Shown: in pieces, positions 52,058-64,000 of the stretch
How the letters are laid out: the number at the start of each line of letters is the position of its first letter
How positions within the stretch are numbered: the first letter of the stretch is position 1
NCBI GenBank assembly: GCA_053919585.1
Contig: CM132791.1
Reading direction: 5' to 3' (one strand)
From: Euprymna scolopes
Taxonomy: Eukaryota
DNA: 64,000 bases
The notes under the pieces: model-generated
Seen by the model: the letters and a program-made list of their open reading frames with translations, nothing else
The model's database searches: none
Told to the model about the DNA's origin: nothing
Made by a program: the position numbers and the translations under genes

Positions 52058-52822
52058 TTTTATTTTATTCTATTTTATTCTTATTAATAAGATAAATTTA
52101 CGATAAAAGAAGAGATACTATTTCATATCGCCGAGAATCATTTCTTCATTTTCATATTTTAAAACTAAACATTAATGAAAAATGACTTTTCCAGGGCATT
52201 CATCGTAATGCTCAAATATCAACTGACGGGATATGGTAAACAAACACGGAGAGGATTTGATGAACGACATTATCATTATTATTATTTTTATTTTTTTGCG
52301 AATTACTCCACAGGGCAAATTATTCCTCATAATATATAATAATCAATAGAGGACAAATTCTATAATTATACATATGCAATCTGCATGATCATGTTTAAGN
52401 NNNNNNNNNNNNNNNNNNNNNNNNNNNNNNNNNNNNNNNNNNNNNNNNNNNNNNNNNNNNNNNNNNNNNNNNNNNNNNNNNNNNNNNNNNNNNNNNNNNN
52501 NNNNNNNNNNNNNNNNNNNNNNNNNNNNNNNNNNNNNNNNNNNNNNNNNNNNNNNNNNNNNNNNNNNNNNNNNNNNNNNNNNNNNNNNNNNNNNNGTATG
52601 CCAACACTTGGGCTGAAGCAATTGTACACAAGATGTTACCAATAAAAGATCAACATTTTGAAAATGAATAAATGATTGTGCATCTNNNNNNNNNNNNNNN
52701 NNNNNNNNNNNNNNNNNNNNNNNNNNNNNNNNNNNNNNNNNNNNNNNNNNNNNNNNNNNNNNNNNNNNNNNNNNNNNNNNNNNNNNNNNNNNNNNNNNNN
52801 NNNNNNNNNNNNNNNNNNNNNN

Positions 52823-54277
52823 TAAAATATCAATATTTCACTAAATATACATCACAAAAAAAAAATTTAAATTGTATCATCAAAGGACTGCTTTAAGATT
52901 AGTTATTTCCCAAAATGTTATTCAAACGCATGCGATATTCACATTTTGTTTATTTTCAAGGAATTTATACTATCGCTTTATTGCAGATCTTTGTAGAGTT
53001 TATCGAAAAGCAAAGGATTGTTGTTGAACTCGCAGAAGGATTGTCCATCAAAGATTTAGCCATGGAGCTGGAAAGGGATCCAAGAACCTTGTCTTCATTT
53101 GTGAACAACACTAACACCAAACACAAAAAGTATAAGGGTACCAGGAGAAACCTTTAAGATCGGAAAATTTGTAGAGAAGTCAACCGAAACCCAAACAGCA
53201 CCAGTGCATCCATTTTTGCAAGAGCTGGAATCGCTCCAACATCAAGACAGGCCTGATGCAATGTGTTGAATGCGATGGAAGGACCATAAAACCCTTTCCA
53301 AGGCCTCCATTGAGCAAACAACATAGGGAAAAAAAGAATGGGTTGGACACAGAATTACATGAAAATGGATTTTCAACATGTCCTATTTACGGATGAGGCC
53401 CATACTACTCTTGACGGCCTGGATGGATGAGCCAAAGTGTGGAACATGAACAGAACTCCAACAAGAGGCATCATGTTTTGGGCGGAAATCATTAGGAATT
53501 TATTGGATGGATCATTTCAAGTGCAAGAGGGTGTAAAGCTTACCAGCAATGTGTACACAGCCTTTTTGGATAATCATTAGTCGCCATGACTAGATGACCT
53601 ACCATGGTCATGTTGCTTTCAGATGATTTTTATGCATGACAATGCACCATCGCATTCTGCTAAGGCGATTGCAGCCTTCCTTGAATCTATGGACTTCGTT
53701 GGAGAAACCTTCATAATTGACCACCGTGTTCTCCAGACATTGACCTTATTGAACATCTCTGGTCAATATTGAAAAGAGGGGTTTATAAGAAAGGAGAGCA
53801 ATTTACTTTAAAAGATGCTTTGTGGAGAAAAATAGTTGATGTCGTCAGAGCGATAACTCCTTTCAGATCAAACAATCGACTTCCTTGGTGGACAAAAGGT
53901 AGTTTCAAGTTATTTTTTTTAAAAATGGTGGTTATGTCGATAAATAATTCATTTATGTGAGACTTAGCACATAGGATGTGGTTTATTGTTCTTTGACAGA
54001 AAAATTTTATAAAAAATAAAATATTCATGATTAGACATTATATTTTTGCCCTAAAACAACATTTTAAGAGATCTGTAATAAAGCTTTGAACAGTGGAAAT
54101 TCCTTAATAAAGAATAAAATGTTATAATTGCGTGAATATCGCATGAATTTGAATAAAATTTTGGAAAATAAGTAACCTTAAAGCAGTCCCTTGATGATAC
54201 AATTATAATTGTTTGTGGCGCATATTTTGTGGAATATTGATATTTTACTAATCTGCAATAAAGCGATTGACACAGTT
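52823..54277 (+). mobile_element. Near full-length decayed Tc1-like DD37E (TRT-type) transposon with long TIRs
   Basis: HTH-like N-terminus (LAEGLSIKDLAMELERDPRT), VLFTDEAHTTLDG, IFMHDNAPSHSA and IEHLWSILKR. 52823-52990 is inverted relative to ~54060-54250; the left tip is in an N gap. Confidence 0.9.
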
Positions 54278-54547
54278 TATATATCATCCAATTTTTATAA
54301 GCAAATATGTAAAGTGTGAACAGTCAGATAAATATGCATGAAAATTTATTGGCAAGAAAGTTTTTAAAAACTAAATATGCCACACAATTAGATTTGTTTT
54401 CTGCTAGTTTTATATTTTTTAAACAAATTATCTAAGCAAGTAAAACATGCTAGTACAAAGAACATCTTTCGAACAAACACTGAAGGCATTCCAAAATAAT
54501 TGTAAAAAAAATAACTTAACCTTCTGGTTGTTTACCATAGATGATTT

Positions 54548-54604
<57 letters not shown>

Positions 54605-56859
54605 AACTGCAGATTTGAAAACTATTGGTTATTTTGAGTTCAGCTTTGTTTGGCAATTCATCATGAAGAGACTGACACTTGAAAAACATTTGCAAATTGC
54701 TAATTTAAAGAGAGAAGCATTTGATGAATAAATAATTTCACGAAGTCGATCTGTCAACTTTCCACCTTTATTGTGCGATTTAACCCCACTAGATTACATT
54801 CTTCTTTGAAGTTTTTTGAAATAACGTGAACAAGTTCTTGATGGGACATGCCCTTAAGTAATCCAATTTACTAAATTTCCCCTACCAACGATTCTTACGA
54901 TATTTTCTCATTGACTCATTAACTCTTATCCTCAAGTGGCCTCCAGGCCTTGATAATAGTGACTCCTTTGTAAAAAAAAAAGATATATAAATTCCCATGT
55001 TGACGCTGATAACCAGATGCAAGAGACCACTTTACAGACAACATTCGATCCGTTATTGCCAAAATACTATCTAATTTACTGCTTCGAATTTGTAACAACT
55101 TAAACCTCTAGATTAGCTTATACAAGCACGAGTTGCTGGGCCGAAATTGTATTTTAATTATAAATGCTTAAAATTATACTTTGGAATAAATCACAGATTT
55201 TATTATAAAAATATTTTTCTGTTATTTATTTTTATTTAAAGTTCACCGTCTCTAAAAAAACAAACACTCTTTATATATCTCAGAGTGATCATAGGCTCGT
55301 TTTTCATAGCTTTCAGAATTTGCAGCTGCACCGACCTCTGTAATTAAAAAGTCTATATGGAGAGCATATACAGCTCTTTAAAATATTCTCACTTTTTCAT
55401 CGACAATGCTAAAGCATAGCTTTCAATATTCTCAACCAAAAAATAGGCTAATACATAAAATTTCCCATCACAAGGATGTCACTAGAGTAACAAATAAGAC
55501 TGACAAGATTAACAAATATAATTCTTGTATGGGTTTCCCCACTAACTCCATTTCTTCCTCCTTACAACCACAATTTGAGTTTAAAATAGTGACATAATTT
55601 ACTCAACACAAAAGGCTGCCCTCACTTTCTGTAAGGATACTTTTTCCCAACTAGCATCTATAAAATAAAATCTGCTGCTACTATTAATAACAATCTGGCA
55701 AAAAAGTCCAAGTTAAACAAGTATACACTGCCATTGTCTTATCAACTGTAAAGTCGAGTTTGATAAATCAGCTTATCTCCTGTTAGACGGTTCGAAATGG
55801 TTCAAAGAAATATTGGTAAATTTCAATTGAAAATTCTCAAAACGCCATATCTGTTACTCATCTAATTTATTTCATCTACTAAAGTAGAGACTGACACCTG
55901 AACAGCGTTTGCAAAATTATACGATTCTTCTTTTTATATGTTGGAGTGGCACCCCTACAAATTCTTACGATGGACTATTGCTGACGTCACTTTTGGTAAC
56001 CAGTTTCTGCTATTGAGCAGTCTGAACCTTAGACTAACTTTGTCCTTCCAGTTGAAAAGAGTCGCACTCAACCAATATACGTTTCTGTATTTTCTGTTAA
56101 TATATATTTCATTTCACTGTTTCCAAGCCTTCTCATTTTTCTTTCAACATCTAAGCCACAACAGTATGTTATTTGATTCTTTTTCAAAATCATATGATGC
56201 CTTCTTTTACCTGGATGAGATAATAGTAGTGTGACGTGAATGGGAGTGAAATTGATTTTAGTGAAACTCCAATAAATTGAACAATCATTGTGTAAATCGT
56301 AAAATGTACAAGAATTATCTATAAAATTGAATATATTGTAAAAGTTGAATGCATTGCTTTAAAAAATAAATAAAACAACGTCCCTCCACAAACCCAAGAA
56401 GCAACACCCTTCCTTTTTATATGTAAACTTTTTTTTATTTTATTTAAACTTGTTGCTAAAATGTTTTTGTCTGAAGATCCTACCCATGATANNNNNNNNN
56501 NNNNNNNNNNNNNNNNNNNNNNNNNNNNNNNNNNNNNNNNNNNNNNNNNNNNNNNNNNNNNNNNNNNNNNNNNNNNNNNNNNNNNNNNNNNNNNNNNNNN
56601 NNNNNNNNNNNNNNNNNNNNNNNNNNNNNNNNNNNNNNNNNNNNNNNNNNNNNNNNNNNNNNNNNNNCTCCTTCTATTCACTTCTCTTAGTAACAGCTTC
56701 TACACTTCCATTTTAGTAACAACAGCATGCGTACGATTATTTCATTTTTTTTCAATTGTGTTAAAGCTCTCAATCAGTTTGCTCATTTGAAAAGGCTCTA
56801 TTAGGTGGAAATAAATTTATAATGAGATTTAGTTGTTTGTCGTCTTTTATTCTTTTATC

Positions 56860-56920
<61 letters not shown>

Positions 56921-57699
56921 TGTGTTTGTGTTTGCCTTTGTGTGTGTATTGACATGTACAAAAGATATTCCACATGAATGCTAGTCGTGATGAGAATGAT
57001 TAAAGCCTTGTTACATTGATGAAGTGTAAGTAACCAAGATATTTTCAATCAGTGAGAGAGGATGCCACTTAGAAATTAAATGCATTTCACTATCACTATA
57101 GATAATCAAGTTGAGAAGAAGGTGAGAGAATCCAAAATCCAGATGCAAGCACATCATATAATTTCATACTCCTGCACCCCCTCCTTTTTAATCCATTTTT
57201 ATTCGATTTTTTTTTTCACTTTTTTTGTTCGCATTATTTAACTCCAATTCTTTATGCAAGTTTTATCCTTTTTACAACTTGTCCAACTTTTCACTCGTTT
57301 CTGATAAGCCGTGTAGATTTTGATCTACATTTTCTGCAACACAATATCTAATGCCGCTGCGGATTTATTGGATGCGCTTAGCTACTCATCTGTAGTTTGT
57401 AGAGATTTTAATTCTTCATGAATCTTAAATTTCTTAGAATTTCTTTTGCAGTCCTCATCCCACCTCCATCCCCTCTCTCATGTTTGTGCAAGTTGTAATC
57501 TTATTATGTCTGGATCTAGAAATCGTATAAAATTCATTTTGTTTAAAATGTTCATTTCAAAACTCTGTGCCTTTCTGTACTTAATCATTATTTTTTTGCG
57601 TGTGTATGTTTTCATTTTACATATTGAATTCTTATTATTAAAAATAATTTTTTTCTCCATCCTTATTATTTATTTGCATGATGTATATTTCTGAAAAGG

Positions 57700-57701
57700 A
57701 A

Positions 57702-57752
<51 letters not shown>

Positions 57753-57998
57753 AGTTATACATATGTACATTGAAATGTATGGATAAACATACATATGCAT
57801 GCGTTGAAATGTGTTAAATGTGTGGTTTTATACTTTATAAATGCGTGTGTATGCTACATTAAGGATATGTGTCTGAGGAAATATACATATGTTATATATG
57901 TGTGTGTATGTAAAGAAGTACATATATATGTGTGCGTGTGTGTGTGTGCGTGTATTTGTGTGTGTGTGCGAAAATAGAGCTTTATCTATCAATACAGA

Positions 57999-58059
<61 letters not shown>

Positions 58060-58200
58060 TAGATATCCATAGGCACGTGTTTCGCTGTCTTGTGTATATA
58101 TATAGAGAGAGATGCATATTTATATATATATGTGTATTTTTGTGGATATATATTCATGTCTATGCAGATATGTGTATTCTGTGTACATATTTTTTGTATA
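57700..58200. repeat. (TA)/(TG)-rich low-complexity tract
   Basis: Direct inspection. Confidence 0.9.
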
Positions 58201-58379
58201 TAATCAACTCCATAATAGGTAGCCTTCAGTACATGGTAATGTGAAAAGTGGCTTTCAGGACATGTCAATATGAAAAGTCGGCTACAGAATATGGTTATGT
58301 TTGAAACACTTCTGAATAACAATACTTGATTAATACCTAAAATCGGTTATGGCTCACAAAACAAGAACAAACTACATTT

Positions 58380-58580
58380 ATTAATTAAATAAAAGGTTCA
58401 GTTCAAAATTCTGCATAAGTTGTCATGTTCGAACTCAAAATTCCCAAGTTCGTAAAGATAACCTGATTAGGATTCGAGATTTCATCAGTTGAAACGTTGT
58501 GAAATAAGAAAGCAGGATGAAAACAGTGGTGAAAATAATACAAATTATCATCATCTCCAAAATTGCAAAACATAACTTGT
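58380..58580 (+). mobile_element. Old copy of the HHR-SINE family (cf. 8085-8195, 45729-45978)
   Basis: ttcccaagttcg...cCTGATTAgg...GAAACGTTgtg...aatacaaattatca..tctccaaaatt; HHR core mutated. Confidence 0.6.
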
Positions 58581-59234
58581 GAAATTTGAAATCATGAGCA
58601 AATGTGAGATGTGTCTTTCCAAATGCTTCTAATGTGAGAAGCAGAGTTCAAAGCGTGTTGAATGTGAAAACTGCCTTACAAGAAGTGTTAAATAGTAGTG
58701 GTGGTCTTCCAAATATGTTACTGTGCGAAGCTGCTTTAGAAATGCAGAAAATATTATAAGCTGGGTTTCGGATGAGACCGAAAAGAAGAACAAATGCATT
58801 CGTACAAATAATAGATTTCCGATTAAGTGTTAAAGGCTGTATGAAATATGTGGTGCCAAGACAAGGCTATGGGATGAGGAGAAACCCCAAGAATGATAGA
58901 TAAGCTTCTACCAAAAATAAGGTGATTTTTAGGGCAAAATGGATAATTTGAAGAAATAGGAAACGTAAAAAAAGAAAATAAGTTATTTTCTAAATTGAAT
59001 CTATGACGAGAAACTAATAGTAAACATTATTATTATGAAGAAAAAAAAAGATAAAATAAATAAATATGCAAGAAGGAGTAAAAAAGAAACGCACGAAAAC
59101 AAAAAACTAAGGAGGAAATACTACAAGGAAAACACAAATGGAAATGACAAAAGCCTGAGAATAAAAAGTAAAAACAAAAATCATATTGTTGTTTGAAGTT
59201 GCGATAACAATGAAATAAATTAGCAATGGCCGAA

Positions 59235-62200
59235 AAACATAGGGAGAAATGTAAAACTATAATTAACAAACATAGGGAGACATGTAAAACTATGATTAAC
59301 ACGCATAGGGAGGCATGTAAAACTATAATTAACAAACATAGGGAGACATGTAAAACTATGATTAACAAACATAGGGAGACATGTAAAACTATGATTAACA
59401 CACATAGGGAGACATGTAAAACTATAATTAACAAACATAGGGAGACATGTAAAACTATGATTAACAAACATAGAGAGGCATGTTAAACTATGATTAACAA
59501 ACATAGCGAGGCATGTAAAACTATGATTAACAAACATAGGAAGGCATGTTAAACTATGATTAACAAACATAGGGAGACATGTAAAACTATGATTAACAAA
59601 CATAGGGAGACATGTTAAACTATGATTAACAAACATAGGGATATATGTTAAACTATGAGTAACAATAATAGGGAGACATGTAAAACTATGATTAACAAAC
59701 ATAGGGAGACATGTTAAACTATGATTAACAAACATAGGGAGGCATGTAAAATTATGATTAACAAACATAGGGAGGCATGTAAAACTATGATTAACAAACA
59801 TAGGGAGACATGTAAAACTATGATTAACAAACATAGGAAGACATGTAAAACTATGATTAACAAACATAGGGAGACATGTTAAACTATGATTGACAAACAT
59901 AGGGAGACATGTAAAATTAATATTAACAAACATAGGGAGGCATGTAAAACTATGATTAACAAACATTGGGAGACATGTAAAACTATGACTAACAAACACA
60001 GGGAGACATGTAAAACTATGATTAACAAACATAGGGAGACATGTAAAACTATGATTAGCAAACATAGGGAGACATGTAAAACTATGATTAACAAACATAA
60101 GGAGACATGTAAAACTATGATTAACAAACATAGGGAGACATGTAAAACTATGATTAACAAACATAGGGAGGCATGTAAAACTATGATTAACAAACATAGG
60201 AAGACATGTAAAACTATGATTAACAAACATAGGGAGACATGTAAAACTATGATTAACAAACATAGGAAGACATGTAAAACTATGATTAACAAACATAGGA
60301 AGACATGTAAAACTATGATTAACAAACATAGGAAGACATGTAAAACTATGATTAACAAACATAGGAAGACATGTAAAACTATGATTAACAAACATAGGAA
60401 GACATGTAAAACTATGATTAACAAACATAGGAAGACATGTAAAACTATGATTAACAAACATAGGAAGACATGTAAAACTATGATTAACAAACATAGGGAG
60501 GCATGTAAAACTATGATTAACAAACATAGGAAGACATGTAAAACTATGATTAACAAACATAGGAAGACATGTTTAACTATGATTAACAAACATAGGGAGA
60601 CATGTAAAACTATGATTAACAAACATAGGAAGACATGTAAAACTATGATTAACAAACATAGGAAGACATGTAAAACTATGATTAACAAACATAGGGAGAC
60701 ATGTAAAACTATGATTAACAAACATAGGGAGACATGTAAAACTATGATTAATCAACATAGGAAGACATGTAAAACTATGATTAACAAACATAGGGAGACA
60801 TGTAAAACTATGATTAACAAACACAGGGAGACATGTAAAACTATGATTAACAAACATAGGGAGACATGTAAAACTATGATTAACAAACATAGGAAGACAT
60901 GTAAAACTATGATTAACAAACATAGGGAGGCATGTAAAACTATGATTAACAAACATAGGGAGACATGTAAAACTATGATTAACAAACATAGGGAGACATG
61001 TAAAACTATGATTAACAAACATAGGAAGACATGTAAAACTATGATTAACAAACATAGGGAGACATGTAAAACTATGATTAACAAACATAGGGAGGAATGT
61101 AAAACTATAATTAGCAAAAATAGGGAGGCATGTAAAACTATGATTAACAAACATAGGGAGACATGTAAAACTATGATTAACAAACATAGGGAGACATGTA
61201 AAACTATGATTAACAAACATAGGAAGACATGTAAAACTATAATTAATAAACATAGGGAGACATGTAAAACTATAATTAACAAACATAGGGAGACATGTAA
61301 AACTATGATTAACAAACATAGGGAGACATGTAAAACTATAATTAATAAACATAGGGAGACATGTAAAACTATAATTAACAAACATAGGGAGACATGTAAA
61401 ACTATAATTAATAAACATAGGGAGACATGTAAAACTATGATTAACAAACATATGGAGACATGTTAAACTATGATTAACAAACATAGGGAGACATGTAAAA
61501 CTATAATTAACAAACATAGGGAGACATGTAAAACTATGATTAACAAACATAGGGAGGCATGTAAAACTATGATTAACAAACATAGGAAGACATGTAAAAC
61601 TATGATTAACAAACATAGGAAGACATGTTTAACTATGATTAACAAACATAGGGAGACATGTAAAACTATGATTAACAAACATAGGAAGACATGTAAAACT
61701 ATGATTAACAAACATAGGAAGACATGTAAAACTATGATTAACAAACATAGGGAGACATGTAAAACTATGATTAACAAACATAGGGAGACATGTAAAACTA
61801 TGATTAATCAACATAGGAAGACATGTAAAACTATGATTAACAAACATAGGGAGACATGTAAAACTATGATTAACAAACACAGGGAGACATGTAAAACTAT
61901 GATTAACAAACATAGGGAGACATGTAAAACTATGATTAACAAACATAGGGAGACATGTTAAACTATGATTAACAAACATAGGGAGGCATGTAAAACTATG
62001 ATTAACAAACATAAGACATGTAAAACTATGATTAACAAACATAGGGAGACATGTAAAACTATGATTAACAAACATAGGAAGACATGTAAAACTATGATTA
62101 ACAAACATAGGGAGACATGTAAAACTATGATTAACAAACATAGGGAGGCATGTAAAACTATAATTAGCAAAAATAGGGAGGCATGTAAAACTATGATTAA

Positions 62201-64000
62201 CAAACATAGGGAGACATGTAAAACTATGATTAACAAACATAGGGAGACATGTAAAACTATGATTAACAAACATAGGAAGACATGTAAAACTATAATTAAT
62301 AAACATAGGGAGACATGTAAAACTATAATTAACAAACATAGGGAGACATGTAAAACTATGATTAACAAACATAGGGAGACATGTAAAACTATAATTAATA
62401 AACATAGGGAGACATGTAAAACTATAATTAACAAACATAGGGAGACATGTAAAACTATAATTAACAAACATAGGGAGACATGTAAAACTATGATTAACAA
62501 ACATAGGGAGACATGTAAAACTATAATTAACAAACATAGGGAGGCATGTAAAACTATGATTAACACATATAGGGAGACATGTAAAACTATGATTAACAAA
62601 CATAGAGAGACATGTTAAACTATGATTAACAAACATAGGGAGGCATGTAAAACTATGATTAACGAACATAGGGAGACATGTAAAACTATGATTAACAAAC
62701 ATAGAGAGGCATGTAAAACTATAATTAGCAAAAATAGGGAGGCATGTAAAACTATGATTAACAAACATAGGGAGACATGTAAAACTATGATTAACAAACA
62801 TAGGGAGACATGTAAAACTATAATTAATAAACATAGGGAGACATGTAAAACTATAATTAACAAACATAGGGAGACATGTAAAACTATAATTAATAAACAT
62901 AGGGAGACATGTAAAACTATGATTAACAAACATAGGAAGACATGTAAAACTATGATTAACAAACATAGGGAGACATGTAAAACTATAATTAACAAACATA
63001 GGGAGACATGTAAAACTATGATTAACAAACATAGGGAGACATGTAAAACTATGATTAACAAACATAGGGAGACATGTAAAACTATGAGTAACAAACATAG
63101 GGAGACATGTTAAACTATGATTAACAAACATAGGGAGACATGTAAAACTATGATTAACAAACATAGGGAGACATGTAAAACTATGATTAACAAACATAGG
63201 GAGACATGTTAAACTATGATTAACAAACATAGGGAGACATGTAAAACTATAATTAACAAACATAGGGAGACATGTAAAACTATGATTAACAAACATAGGG
63301 AGACATGTAAAACTATGATTAACAAACATAGGGAGACATGTAAAACTATGATTAACAAACATAGAGAGGCATGTAAAACTATAATTAGCAAAAATAGGGA
63401 GGCATGTAAAACAATGATTAACAAACATAGGGAGACATGTAAAACTATAATTAACAAACATAAGGAGACATGTAAAACTATGATTAACAAACATAGAGAG
63501 GCATGTAAAACTATAATTAGCAAAAATAGGGAGGCATGTAAAACTATGATTAACAAACATAGGGAGACATGTTAAACTATAATTAACAAACATAGGGAGA
63601 CATGGAAAACTATGATTAATAAACATAGGGAGACATGTAAAACTATGATTAACAAACATAGGGAGACATGTTAAACTATAATTAACAAATATAGGGAGGC
63701 ATGGAAAACTATGATTAATAAACATAGGGAGACATGTTAAACTATGATTTACAAATATAGGAAGACATGTAAAACTATGATTAACAAATATAGGGAGGCA
63801 TGGAAAACTATGATTAATAAACATAGGGAGACATGTTAAACTATGATTTACAAATATAGGAAGACATGTAAAACTATGATTAACAAATATAGGGAGGCAT
63901 GTAAAACTATGATTAACAAACATAGGGAGACATGTAAAACTATGAGTAACAAACATAGGGAGACATGTTAAACTATGATTCACAAATATAGGGAAGCATC
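59235..64000. repeat. 33-bp tandem satellite, ~144 copies, continuing off the right edge
   Basis: Consensus aaacatagggagacatgtaaaactatgattaac. It explains all long repetitive ORFs at 59-64 kb. Confidence 0.98.

Larger units (their letters stand above)
49011..52275 (+). mobile_element. Helitron-like repeat (family of 17915-18325) interrupted by a hAT-like element
   Basis: 5' end A|TCTCTACTATTATA plus GT microsatellite. Collinear with 17915-18325 at 49040-49285 and 52135-52275. Confidence 0.7.

Noticed and set aside
55400-56130. Possible L1/Tx1-like LINE relic on the minus strand
   Set aside because: Motif resemblance is too faint to support without a profile search.
14738-56790. ORFs spanning N runs or microsatellites (poly-X, YIYI, SLSL, CVCV)
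   Set aside because: Artefacts of gaps and dinucleotide repeats.
59033-63983. Long ORFs (up to 784 aa) as protein-coding genes
   Set aside because: They arise from a 33-bp unit lacking stops in three frames on both strands. Sporadic stops interrupt them and there are no unique domains.
59235-64000. CRISPR array
   Set aside because: Units are contiguous with no unique spacers, there are no cas genes, and the context is eukaryotic.

Overview
AT-rich animal genomic DNA with nine short N gaps. The repeat landscape resembles coleoid cephalopod genomes (inference). No intact host protein-coding gene is evident; there is one candidate 45-nt exon. The window is mostly decayed transposable elements: two DD34D mariner fragments, four DD37E (TRT-type) Tc1-like fragments, a Ty3/Gypsy remnant, RTE- and Jockey/CR1-like LINE fragments, several non-autonomous Helitron-like elements and two nested hAT-like TIR elements. 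Many microsatellites are present, and a 33-bp satellite fills the last 4.8 kb. The most notable signal is non-coding: about a dozen hammerhead-ribozyme (HHR) motifs from several families, four with apparently intact cores. They sit in small (~0.2-0.6 kb) elements, often inserted as head-to-head inverted pairs or partial tandems in (TA)n tracts. Several carry a tRNA-derived Pol III-type head upstream of the ribozyme. This suggests tRNA-headed, self-cleaving, Penelope-dependent SINE/retrozyme-like elements. All folds were read by eye and need computational and biochemical confirmation.
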